NCBI RefSeq assembly: GCF_001194135.2
Contig: NC_068982.1
Location: 189,087,867 to 189,151,866, forward strand
DNA: 64,000 nt
Reading direction: 5' to 3'
Source of the DNA: Octopus bimaculoides
Taxonomy: Eukaryota
Shown: one piece after another, positions 50,736-62,064 of the stretch
How positions within the stretch are numbered: position 1 is the stretch's first letter
Layout: the number at the start of each line of letters is the position of its first letter
Notes under the pieces: model-generated
What the model saw: only the letters and a program-made list of their open reading frames with translations
The model's database searches: none
What the model was told of the DNA's origin: nothing
Translations under genes and position numbers: made by a program

Positions 50736-51562
50736 GAATATTAAAAAAATTTCTTTTTCCTAAAAAACCTTTCCCCCGTCATTACGAATTGTGTGGTGCC
50801 AAAAAGATTTGAAAAATCTCCGTCAAAACGGAGACTTGTGTCGGCGGCCAATTCTATCCTCACCTATTGTTATGAATGTTGAGTAATGATTGAAAGGGTC
50901 CAATCGTAAATACAAGCGGCCGAAATAGGGTTTCTCCCAAGGGTCTTTGTAGTGATGTTACTCGATATGTTACGTAGCTCGGAGGTGAAGGAGTCACTTC
51001 GGATCGAACCTCTCCGTATTGAGAGGTCACAACTCCAGTACGACGGACGTGTGAATTAGAATGTCATAAGAAAGAACCGCAAGACGAATTCTTCAAGCCA
51101 AGCTAATTGGTAGAAGACCTTGGGGGAAGAACAAGAACGAGATGGATGAATAATTATTTGTTTATTGCCCACAAGGGGCTAAACACAGAGGGGACAAACA
51201 AGGACAGACAAAGGGATTAAGTCGGTTACATCGACACTAGTGCGTAACTGGTACTTATTTAATCGACCTGGGCAGAATTTGAACTCAGATGAATAATATC
51301 CATAGACTTAGACGCTTATGAATCCATCAGGAAAGTCTAATGATAGTTACTTTTGATAGGCCCCTAAAGAATAGGGGACCTGAGGGCTCTCCCTCCATGA
51401 CTCTTCCAAGAAGTAGGAGGAAATAAATGGAAAAAAGAAGAATAATCCTGTATTTGGGGATTAAATCCGGAATTGTCTTCTCTTGTTCGTCACAAATACC
51501 AAAAATAAATTCGTCGTTTCGCTTGGGAAGGAACTTCCGCCTGTTATTATTATCACTTGACT

Positions 51563-52318
51563 ATGATCTTATGGCTGCTATGGACTTTACTCGAGATTTA
51601 TATATGTTTTAATTTCATACAATATATACTTTACCAATATACTGATTTCTCATCGTATTTACCTTTAGCGAAGATACGCCTCAACGAACTGTGGCATTAT
51701 TCAGTGAAGCCGATGTTACTCAACTTTAATTATCACATCATAGATTTATGGCGAAACTTTACTTTCGAAAGACTTTATGAGAAACTCTATTCTTTTGGCT
51801 GCTTTATTTTCATGCCTCTCTATAACAGTTATCTTTTTAAAAGTTGTAAAAGACTCTTCACGAAATATGCCCCATCATATCTTCCTGCCAAATACCTCCC
51901 AATATATTTGATTATTTTTGCAATAACTTGCTATCTGATATATAAACTGTGTAGAAGGGAACCACAAAGGATGCGGTCCCATACGCAGAGACACAGAAGT
52001 GGTCTTCGTGCCCCACGACCTCATTTTCCCCCGGACATTGAACCATTTTCTGACGACGAGCCTGACAACGAAGCTGAAGATATTTCTTTCAACAACATCG
52101 ATGATAATGGTAATAGTGGTTCTGTTGATTTAAGTAGTTACAGAAATGCCAGCCATCGCAGCTGTCCTGTTTGCAAACATTACGAGTTTAATGCCGTCGT
52201 CTTACCGTGTGGACACACAGCTCTGTGTTTGAAATGTGCCTTGAAATATTATTATCACCAGAGGAAATGTCCCGTATGCCAGAAAGCGATCTCCACCGTC
52301 CATCGAATATATCTATAA
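51563..52318 (+). CDS. Membrane-anchored C3HC4 RING-finger E3 ligase (RNF26/MUL1-like RING type), 251 aa from the first ATG, uninterrupted CDS
   Basis: C-x2-C-x11-C-x-H-x3-C-x2-C-x10-C-x2-C ending HRIYL*; hydrophobic N-terminus and a TM-like YLPIYLIIFAITCYLIY segment; acidic linker; Kozak actATG. The ORF track starts at a TTG two codons earlier. Confidence 0.85.
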   Translation: MILWLLWTLLEIYICFNFIQYILYQYTDFSSYLPLAKIRLNELWHYSVKPMLLNFNYHIIDLWRNFTFERLYEKLYSFGCFIFMPLYNSYLFKSCKRLFTKYAPSYLPAKYLPIYLIIFAITCYLIYKLCRREPQRMRSHTQRHRSGLRAPRPHFPPDIEPFSDDEPDNEAEDISFNNIDDNGNSGSVDLSSYRNASHRSCPVCKHYEFNAVVLPCGHTALCLKCALKYYYHQRKCPVCQKAISTVHRIYL

Positions 52319-53152
52319 CAATTAATTACTGCTAATAATTATTAGTTTTAATTAAGGTGAGAATGTTTACAGAAGAAAAAAGGCGACCGCTTCCATTTAT
52401 ATCGCGACCTGACAGAATGGTTGGCACCGGACGAAATGCTTTGCGGTAGTTCGTCCGTCGCTACGTTATGAGTTGAAATTCCGCCAAGGTCGACTTTGCC
52501 TTTCAATCTTTCGGGGTCGATAAATTAAGTACCAGTTGCGTACTGGAGTCAATCTAATCGACTGGCCCCTCCCACCAAATTACTGGCCTTTAGCCTGTAG
52601 TAAAAAGAATTTATATCCTGGTCTTGTTATCTCTACATTAAATGTTTATTTACTTTGTTAATTTCATGTTAATTTCTTTGCAAATATTTGTTATCTCATG
52701 CTTATTCTGTCAATGTCTTGGGTTACCAAATTCCAAACTTATGGAATTTGGAACTTCGTTTCCCACGTCTCATTCCCACCGCGGTTTTTTTTTAAAATTT
52801 CATTTTATGATCTTGATTTTTCTCTTATTTGAACAATTCGATCCTTCTTCTTTCAGTATTTAATTTAAATACAAAAACAAAATATATTTGCCTATGTTTG
52901 TTGACATGTCTTCCTATATCTTACAATCTTTCATATATTCTTTGTAACACCCAAACCCCGATTTAAGAATAAAGGGTAAAAATACTCTACAAGAGCGGGA
53001 ATTCTCGTGGATTTCTAAAAACTGGTTATTTGTCAAGTAGGTTTAAATCGCACTTGTTGTGTAGTAAGAAGTTTGTTTTACAAACTTCCGGGTTCAATCC
53101 CACTGCGTGGTACCTTGAGCAAGTACCACGGCCTCGAGCTCCACCAAAGCCT

Positions 53153-54008
53153 CCTCTCCAAGAAAATGACGCTTACTTGTTAAAAAAGTTACGAAAATGG
53201 GAAATGTATCCAAAATAAATGAAGCATGCAAAAAATTAGGAAGATTCATCAATTTTTAGATATTTTATATTAAAAAATAAAACACGGAAAACGGGAACCG
53301 GCGAATGTAAACAAACATGTCGGACGATACAAAGGGCGGTAACTTACTTTTACCAGTTTAGATATTATTAATGATACAAGGGGCCCGACAATATCGTNNN
53401 NNNNNNNCGCTAAGTTACGGGGACGTAAACACACCAGCATCGATGGTGGGGGGACAAGCACAGACACACATACATATATATATATACATATATATGACGG
53501 GCTTCTTTCAGTTTATGTCTACCAAATCCACTCACAAGGCTTTGGTCGGCCCGAGGCTATAGTAGAAGACACTTGCCCAAGGTGCCACGCAGTGGGACTG
53601 AACCCGGAACCATGTGGTTGGTAAGCAAGCTACTTACCACACAGCCATATACTATTAAGTCAAATTTTGTGTCTGAACGGGAAATATCACATCATAAAAT
53701 GGGCAAAGGTAAAGCGAGTCCACACCACCTAACCTTAACCCTAACCAGTGCGCAGTAAAAATCTGATTAAAAATTATCAAGAATTTGCAAACGTTATTGT
53801 CGGGTCCCTCATATCATTAATAATATGTGATACATCATCTGACTTGTCTTTATATTCGTGAGTGCCCGTTTTCCGTGTTTTATTTTTTAGTATAAGATAT
53901 TTAAAAATAGATGAATCTAACTAGTTTTTTGCATACTTCATTTATTTTGGATATATTTGCCATTTTCGTAATTTTTTGGAGAAATTAGGCGTCATTTTCT
54001 TGGAGAGG
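53153..54008. mobile_element. MITE with about 220-245-bp inverted arms, inserted into a SINE and itself carrying a SINE
   Basis: CCTCTCCAAGAAAATGACGC..GGGCCCGACAATATCGT versus ACGTTATTGTCGGGTCC..GCGTCATTTTCTTGGAGAGG; the flanks are two halves of a family B SINE; another family B copy lies at 53407-53650. Confidence 0.85.
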
Positions 54009-54061
54009 TGCGCTTCTAAAGAAGCGCTGATTTGGTAGACAAAAACTGAAAGAAACCCGTC

Positions 54062-54095
<34 letters not shown>

Positions 54096-55427
54096 AAGAA
54101 AGTTAGGGGTTGTGAATCCAACCCACCAAGAGATAATATCTATCCAATATACTGCCGGAAGGATACCCAATTATTATTACACTAGTGTTTTCACCAAGTG
54201 CAATAAATGGGTGTGGGTAAAAGGATATTTTACCCTTAATTTATATAGCAATAAGAAAATGGAGGGGAATATGTGGTACTCATCAACTTGCAGACATTGT
54301 ATTATGTCAATTTACCTGTTTATTTTTTAACTAAGAGGACAATAAAAACAATATACCAACACATACTGATATGACATTACGTCATATCAGTAATTAAAAT
54401 TAAAAAGGACATCTAGTGACCGAAAAAGGACAATGTCTTACAGCTGTTTCAGCCTAGAGGTGGCATGCCTCATTCTATCTATATAACTCCAGTAAGCTGG
54501 AGTAATTGATAGATGAAATAGAGGTACATGTATGATTCTCTAGGCCTCTTCAGAGATTTTATAAAGTTCATGAAGTTAATTTACAATATCCAAATATAAA
54601 ATTGTAAAAACTCACATATATATGCATACTTTAACATATATAGATATACATAAATACATGAATACATATATGTACACTTAAATGTACATGCACAAATGTC
54701 TATACATTCATACCAATGAGTCAATTATTATTGTTGTTATACATGAGGAGGACACATATATACCCACCCACACATACATACATACATACACATATGTATA
54801 CATAAACATTCCCATGCAGACATGTTCCCTGGTACATACGCATTAGTTGCATTTGGAAAGGAAGACTGGTGCATTGGTTCCTATTGCTATATTTCCTGCA
54901 AAATGTCCAGACCTATATATCATCATCATCATCATCATCGTTTAACGTCCGCTTTCCATGCTAGCATGGGTTGGACGATTTGATTGAGGACTGGTGAAAC
55001 CGGATGGCAACACCAGGCTCCAATCTAATGTGGCAGAGTTTCTACAGCTGGATGCCCTTGGGGTACATACGGATTAGTCCTGTTTGTAATGGAGGAATTT
55101 ATATAAAAAATAGTTTGTGAGAATTGTTACAATAATGTCCAGACTTCTATAAACCTGCGATGAATTACTCCATTATTTTTCTGCTTATGGAGAAGTTAGA
55201 ATCCTGCTGGTAGTGGGTAGTTGGAAATCCTGCTGGTATTGGGGAGGGTAATTTTTGCTGTTTAGTCCCCTCATCTTATTGGTCATCTATTGTTTTAAAA
55301 TGTCTTGGCTTAGCTACGGTTGGACAACCATTAACTGGTTAAATGAATTAGGCATGAGTATATATACACATACACATGCATGTACATTCATATATTTATA
55401 TACGTGCACACATACCAAAGGAATGCT

Positions 55428-55760
55428 GGTACTTTTTGGTTATAACATCCCCATTAAAAAATTTGGATAATCTCCACCCCCGTTTTATGAAAAAATTGGT
55501 ACTTTTGGTTATCTCCCCCACCTAAATGAAAAAAAAAAACTGAAAAAATTAAATATCTTACTGAATCTGATAACAATTTTATAACAAACCCTTCCATTCC
55601 TATTGAGGGGGCCAAAAGTCAACAATGTGTTGAAGTATTGAGTCTAAAGGATTTCTTTTAATCCAATCTCTTGTTGCCACAAACTCAATTTTTTAGTGGA
55701 GAGGTAAACCAATATTCTAATGGCAATTATTTAATGGGGGTGAGATAACTAAAAAGTACT
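55428..55760. mobile_element. GGTACTTTTTGG-ended MITE, copy 1 (8-9-bp TSD; MULE- or hAT-like)
   Basis: TIR GGTACTTTTTGGTTA../..TAACTAAAAAGTACT; flanks GGAATGCT/GGAATGCC. Confidence 0.75.
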
Positions 55761-56144
55761 GGAATGCCTATTAAAATAATCTCCGTCTCTAGTGGATGTA
55801 TCAATTACTAAACAGCAACTGGAAGCAGTGGGCCTATAGAATGAGAAACACGTCCTTGACTGTCCCCTTTTCTCCTGACAACAAACTTGTCCTTTTTCTT
55901 AATGGCATGTCCATTTTGGAGAATGCTTGAATCTTAGGTTTGCAGCAGGGCATTCACTACCATATGGTGATTGTGGTACATCATCTAGGGGCAGAGATCA
56001 TTTTAATAAATGAGGAATGGATGTTGTGTGGTATTTGATAGATCTGTATTTGCCTGTGTTCCAATACATCACATTAACCACTCTGACTTATCCTAGCTTA
56101 TTTTCATTACATACATCCATACATACACACATACATACATTATG

Positions 56145-56568
56145 GGTACTTTTTGGTTATCTCACCCCCATTAAAAAATTGGGTTATCTCCCCACTAAAA
56201 AATTGAGTTAATGTGGTGATGAGATTGGATTAAAAAAATTAGATTCGTTTGATTCAATACTTCAACACATTGTTGACTTTTGGCCTCCATAATACGCATG
56301 GAATGGTTTGTTATAAAAATATTATCAAATTCAAAAAGATGTTCAATTTTTTTCAGTTTTCATGTTTTATTCTTTTATTTGTTTCAGTCATTTGACTGTG
56401 GCCATGCTTGAGCACCACCTTTAGTCGAGCAAATCGACCCCAGGACTTATTCTTTGTAAGCCTAGTACTTATTCTATTGGTCTCTTTTGCCGAATGGCTA
56501 AGTGACAGGGATGTAAACATACCAGCATCGGTTGTCAAGCGATGCTGGGGGGGCGGGGACAAACACAG

Positions 56569-56618
<50 letters not shown>

Positions 56619-56954
56619 TGGATGAGTTTCTTTCAGTTTCCGTCTACGAAATTCACTCTCAAGTCTTTGGTCAACCCGAGGCTATAGTAGAAGACATTTG
56701 CCCAAGGTGCCACGCAGTAGGACTGAATGTGGAACCATGTGGTTGGTAAGCAAGCTCCTTACCACACAGCCACTCCTACACCTATATATATTTATTAATG
56801 TTTTCAGTTTTGTATGTTTTGTTATAAAAATATTATCAGATTCAAAACGATGTTTAATCTTTTCACCTTTCTTGTTTATTAAGTTTTACAATTTTTTTTT
56901 AGTTGGGAGAAATAACCCAATTTTTTAATGGGGGTGAGATAACCAAAAAGTGCC
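56145..56954. mobile_element. GGTACTTTTTGG-ended MITE, copy 2, inverted relative to copy 1 and split by a SINE
   Basis: TIR GGTACTTTTTGGTTATCTCACCCCCATTAAAAAATTGGGTTAT; flanks TACATTATG/TACATTGTG (8/9); SINE B at about 56357-56780. Confidence 0.75.
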
Positions 56955-57184
56955 TACATTGTGTTTTTCACTCATTGGACTGTGGCCAAGCTGGGGCACC
57001 ATTTTAATTAGTCGAACAAATCGACTATAGTACATATTTTTAAAGCCTGGTACTTATTTAAGCGGTCTCTGGAAGCAAGGCTTATGAAGATGTAAACAAG
57101 CTAACAAGTTCTGAACAAGAATAATACATATGACTTCAGGGAGGTTTGGGTGTTATTTCTAGCGGAGCCAGCGACTGTATAGAG

Positions 57185-57806
57185 CAGGGCTGGCCAACCT
57201 GAGGCCCGCAGGCTTTTATCTTGCGGTCCACTCGATACTTTCTTGAAATGGGTTTATTTAAACAAACTTTAAAATTTTATCAAAAATTAAAGATTGTAAT
57301 GAAAAGTAAAAAAGAGAGATACTACTGTTTTTGCAACGATAATGTTTCATGTTGAATCAACAATCATTCATTCATTATTGTAATAATAGCATGAGAAAGC
57401 AAAATGCTTTCAATTCTGTCAGTATACAAGTGGCCCTCAAAAAACTTCAAGATTTTTCTTCCTCACTGCATAGCTGTCCTGTGTTTTCCAAACTCGATCT
57501 GATAATAGCTTACCTTCAGCTCCATGTCCTCCCTAAAGACATTCCAAAGATGGCAGTAACAACTCCATTTGGCTCTTTCGGATTCTTGACTGTCATTTGG
57601 CGTCCGAAATGCTGCCAGCACATTTCAACAATTTACAGACAGTCATTGATGGACTGGATTTCGTCGATGCCTATATCAATGATCTCCTGATTGCCAGTGC
57701 TTCAGCAGAAGAACATACTTGTCATTTAAGATTACTTTTCCAGCACTTTACCCAATATAAAGTGTGAATTAACCCGGCTAAATGTAATTCGAGTTGGCCA
57801 GGCCTT
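57185..57806. mobile_element. Non-autonomous hAT element with a perfect 8-bp TSD, containing a Gypsy RT fragment
   Basis: TIR CAGGGCTGGCCAA/TTGGCCAGGCCTT (11/13); GTATAGAG at 57177-57184 and 57807-57814. Confidence 0.85.
57465..57790 (+). pseudogene. Ty3/Gypsy reverse transcriptase fragment
   Basis: FSKLDL..AY.Q..D.PK.AVTTPFG.F, FGVRNAASTFQQF, FVDAYINDLLIAS..EEH..HL (YxDD box as YIND); frameshifted. Confidence 0.85.
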
Positions 57807-58799
57807 GTATAGAGCATTGCGGCTTGGTTCCTGAGTCTGATCCTCACATGAACCTTAATTCCCACAAGAGTGACGAACAAATATTCACCTCTCTTAAAAA
57901 TATGACTTATAAAAACCAAACAAACATCCTAAAGGTTAGGGAATTGGCCGCTGAAGTAAGTTGGAAAGGAAAAACGGCATGGATCTTTTGGAATTCTTTT
58001 CAGCCACAATTATTTTTCAAATAACCATGGAAACAGACAATTGCGACTTCCTGTATGTCGGTAATGGACGCTTCCGATTACCTAAAACTACATAACACTA
58101 AAAGCTTGTAATTTATTAATAATTTCTGGAGGAAGGTGGCAAGCTTGACAGAATCGTTAGCATGCCGAATAAAATGCTTAGCGGTATTTCTGAGTTCAAA
58201 TTTTGCCGGGGTTGACTTTGCCTTTCATCCTTTGGGGTCGATAAAATAAGTACCAGTTGGACACTGGGGACGATGTAATCCTAATCCCTCTCCCAAAATT
58301 TCAGGCCTTGTGCCCTATAGTAGTAGANNNNNNNNNNNNNNNNNNNNNNNNNNNNNNNNNNNNNNNNNNNNNNNNNNNNNNNNNNNNNNNNNNNNNNNNN
58401 NNNNNNNNNNNNNNNNNNNNNNNNNNNNNNNNNNNNNNNNNNNNNNNNNNNNNNNNNNNNNNNNNNNNNNNNNNNNNNNNNNNNNNNNNNNNNNNNNNNN
58501 NNNNNNNNNNNNNNNNNNNNNNNNNNNNNNNNNNNNNNNNNNNNNNNNNNNNNNNNNNNNNNNNNATAAAATAATAATAATAAAAAAAAAAAGACTTAAA
58601 TCGACGGAACTGAACTAAACGCTAAATTCAGTTCAAAAGAGTCTTAAAAATTATTTCGTGACAAGTTTTTGTACAGTCATTTTAGAGTTGTCCCCCTTGT
58701 ACTGTAGACTATGACTCGAAATTATTTGTGATTCTGCTCAATGCATGTGTTTGTACGCCTCTCTTTTTCCCCGTCTCCCACTCTGTCTGTTTGTCTGTT

Positions 58800-58858
<59 letters not shown>

Positions 58859-59589
58859 GTAACGCAAAGAAATGGGGATTTTTAATCTTGGCAGCCTACC
58901 TTACGAGCATTCTGATAAAATCCAGATTTGGCTAACCTCATCGAGTTTTCACTCCTTTAGTTTTGTTTAGAATAAACCAACCACTTTGAATGAAGTTGCA
59001 TAAGACTGTCAACCTTTGGATTAGAACGTGAACTACAACTGATTTTAATATAAATTGGACTTCGGCCATACTGGGGCATGCATTAAAGGGTATAGTCGTG
59101 CAAATCTACCCCTGTACATTTTTCTTATTTTTTTAAAGTTTGGTACTTACTTTACCATTTTTTTTGTTGCCGAACTACTAAGTTACAGGATATAAACAAA
59201 CCAACGTCGGTTGTTATGTGGTGGTGATAGTGGTGGGACAAGCACAACGACACACATAAACGTATATATATAGATCGGCAGGCTTCCGCACAGTTTCTGT
59301 CTACTAAATACACTCACAAGACATTGCTGGATTCGAGGCTTTACTAAAAGACAGAAAGTGCCGTGCTGTGGGACTGAACCCGAAACCTTGTGGTTGCAAA
59401 GTGAACTTCTTAACCGCACAGCCACACCTACGCCTCTTCATTATTTGTAAGGAATAAGGGTGGAAAACTTTAGCCTTTTATTAATTATATGTTTTGAGTA
59501 CCACAAATGAGTTAATCTTAATCCTGCAATCCAGGGATTAAAATGTCTTTAAACTAAAATCCCCACCTGCTTACATCTGATTTGAAAGT

Positions 59590-59810
59590 GCTATTACGAT
59601 ACGGATACATTAAATACACCATATGGTTCGCTTGTGCAGACAAGCAGCGTTGGGGCATCTAAGCGGGTCTCATTGCCGGTTTCTATATTTTTGGTGGCGT
59701 CAACAGCGAAAAGCTGCTGGGACAAGTGAGCGAACACAATGGCCTTAAAGGACAGCGAGGAAAACATAAGCGATAAACGACGACAGAATAAGTTCAAGAC
59801 ACAGGCAATT
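59590..59810. other. CpG-rich unique island, possible first exon or regulatory element
   Basis: About 13 CpGs in about 215 bp amid AT-rich repeats; acaATGG at 59739 opens MALKDSEENISDKRRQNKFKTQ, followed by CAG|GCAATT; no homology recognised. Confidence 0.25.
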
Positions 59811-60572
59811 TATATATAAGTATATACATATATATNNNNNNNNNNNNNNNNNNNNNNNNNNNNNNNNNNNNNNNNNNNNNNNNNNNNNNNNNNNNNNNNN
59901 NNNNNNNNNNNNNNNNNNNNNNNNNNNNNNNNNNNNNNNNNNNNNNNNNNNNNNNNNNNNNNNNNNNNNNNNNNNNNNNNNNNNNNNNNNNNNNNNNNNN
60001 NNNNNNNNNNNNNNNNNNNNNNNNNNNNNNNNNNNNNNNNNNNNNNNNNNNNNNNNNNNNNNNNNNNNNNNNNNNNNNNNNNNNNNNNNNNNNNNNNNNN
60101 NNNNNNNNNNNNNNNNNNNNNNNNNNNNNNNNNNNNNNNNNNNNNNNNNNNNNNNNNNNNNNNNNNNNNNNNNNNNNNNNNNNNNNNNNNNNNNNNNNNN
60201 NNNNNNNNNNNNNNNNNNNNNNNNNNNNNNNNNNNNNNNNNNNNNNNNNNNNNNNNNNNNNNNNNNNNNNNNNNNNNNNNNNNNNNNNNNNNNNNNNNNN
60301 NNNNNNNNNNNNNNNNNNNNNNNNNNNNNNNNNNNNNNNNNNNNNNNNNNNNNNNNNNNNNNNNNNNNNNNNNNNNNNNNNNNNNNNNNNNNNNNNNNNN
60401 NNNNNNNNNNNNNNNNNNNNNNNNNNNNNNNNNNNNNNNNNNNNNNNNNNNNNNNNNNNNNNNNNNNNAACCACTACACACATTTTTTCTCTCTTTTTTT
60501 TTTCTCCCCTTGTTTTTTCTCTCCTTTTTTTTCTCTCCTTGTGTCTTTCCTTGTTTCTTTCTGTGTTCCTTT

Positions 60573-60609
60573 CTGTGGAAGAGCGTAGGCTCGAAACGTT
60601 AAAAAAGAC
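60573..60609 (+). ncRNA. Hammerhead-like motif, second family, degenerate core
   Basis: CTGTGGA-a-GAGC(gtag)GCTC-GAAAC-GTT; stem II and the palindromic AACGTT are intact, but the core differs from CTGATGA. Confidence 0.45.
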
Positions 60610-60695
60610 TTTCTCAATTCCCGAGCGTTATACTAATACATCTGTTTGTTTTCTATATGACGAAATATTAGCGCCAGGCAGTGTTTAAGCCTAAG

Positions 60696-61296
60696 CAAAG
60701 TTTAGGTTAGTTAAAATATGTTTGCGACATATTTCAACTGTTAAAAAGCAAATTCCCTGAAGTTGCCATGGAGAAAATATTTCTCTTATGGCAAAAAGGT
60801 GTGAAAACACCTGGTTTGTTCAGTGTTGTCATTTATCGTGTTGGCATCAATTATAAAATCCATCCAAGACTCGGCCCCCGTGCTATCCACTCAAAACAAA
60901 AATCGAACTCAGGACACATAACAACATTACGCCATAACTACTTTACCTCAACCGGTCCAGCTCTCTTTAACACCATACCAAAATATGTCAAAACAGAAAC
61001 GGATCCCATAAAATTCAAAAGTTCACTGGACAACTTTCTTAAAAAAATCCCAGATCAACCTCCTACACCCAGAAATGTCTCCAGCAATAATAACTCTTTG
61101 CTAGAGTGAGCCATGGTACCCCATATATGACTAAAAGACATCACCAGGTGGTGCTATCAAGTTAGACATGGCCTGGGCCTATACTGACCGGAATCTATCA
61201 GAGTTATTATCAGATCTCCTAGACATCGATGTCTGTGAATTTGCGTTTTAGCAGTTGAAATATGTCGCAAACATATTTTAACTAACCTGAACTTTG
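60696..61296. mobile_element. 60-bp inverted repeats enclosing a CR1-like ORF2 C-terminus and 3' UTR
   Basis: Arms 60696-60755 and 61237-61296 are 57/60 identical; the interior encodes ..TLRHNYFTSTGPALFNTIPKYVK..KFKSSLDNFLKKIPDQP.. Confidence 0.8.
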
Positions 61297-61994
61297 TTTG
61301 TTTGTTTGTTTGTATGTATGTATGTATGTATGTATGTATGTATGTATGTATAATATTTACGTGGCGTAAAACTATTGGCGAACAGCATGCCAGAATCTAA
61401 TGTATAAAATGTATGAAGCCTATTTGAATGTATTTATCCAGGATCATTGTCACTGTGGTAATATCATCATCACAATTGAACCAGTTGTAGGGGTTCGGAG
61501 AGGAGTTGAGTAATCAACAAAACTGTGATGTTAGAGAGGCAACGGTACAGGTGGAATCTGGTAATCGTCGGGTTGGATTAGATACAATTATTCAATTTTG
61601 TTCTTCATTGGCAGATGCTAGAGACCCTTCGCATTGCTAAAGTTCCAGAGAACACAGTCAAGGCCATAGACAACGTGACCTCATCCTTGATCACTATCAT
61701 GCATGAAATTAAATGCATGAAGCGATTGTGTGTTTTTCATTAGAATAGCCAGTCGCAGAAGTGTACTTTAAGGAGACAGTCTCTCTGTGGTGCTATTTAC
61801 AATCGCAAAGAAATCCTTATGTTTTTGTTGAGTAAATCTGAAAGATATGTGACTGGATCATAGCAAGACAGGAAGTCCAACCTGACACACGACTCATTTA
61901 TGGTTGGCCTGAAAGTATAAGTCAGGAATATGATGGGAATAAATAGTCTTGACCTCGTTGCGACATTCTCTAAAGATGTATGGCTGGAGTTCTA

Positions 61995-62060
61995 TATTTA
62001 AGAGATGAGGAATTATGTACATTATTTATATTATTTACATAATTCCTCATCTCTTAAATA
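61995..62060. repeat. 25-bp perfect hairpin made from the Penelope-like tail sequence
   Basis: TATTTAAGAGATGAGGAATTATGTA / TACATAATTCCTCATCTCTTAAATA; the inner arm ends plus loop read as the reverse complement of atgtaaataatataaataatgta, the tail of the 7.3 kb SINE. Confidence 0.85.
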
Positions 62061-62064
62061 ATGA

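Larger units (their letters stand above)
50177..51562. promoter_or_regulatory. Divergent (head-to-head) intergenic region of TIMELESS and the RING gene
   Basis: About 1.4 kb between opposed start codons; CpG-retaining; E2F-like palindrome at 50271 and ETS-like ACTTCCGC at 51533-51540; contains two SINE-derived pieces. Confidence 0.6.

Noticed and set aside
53730-53746. Interstitial telomere
   Set aside because: Only two to three imperfect units, inside a transposon.
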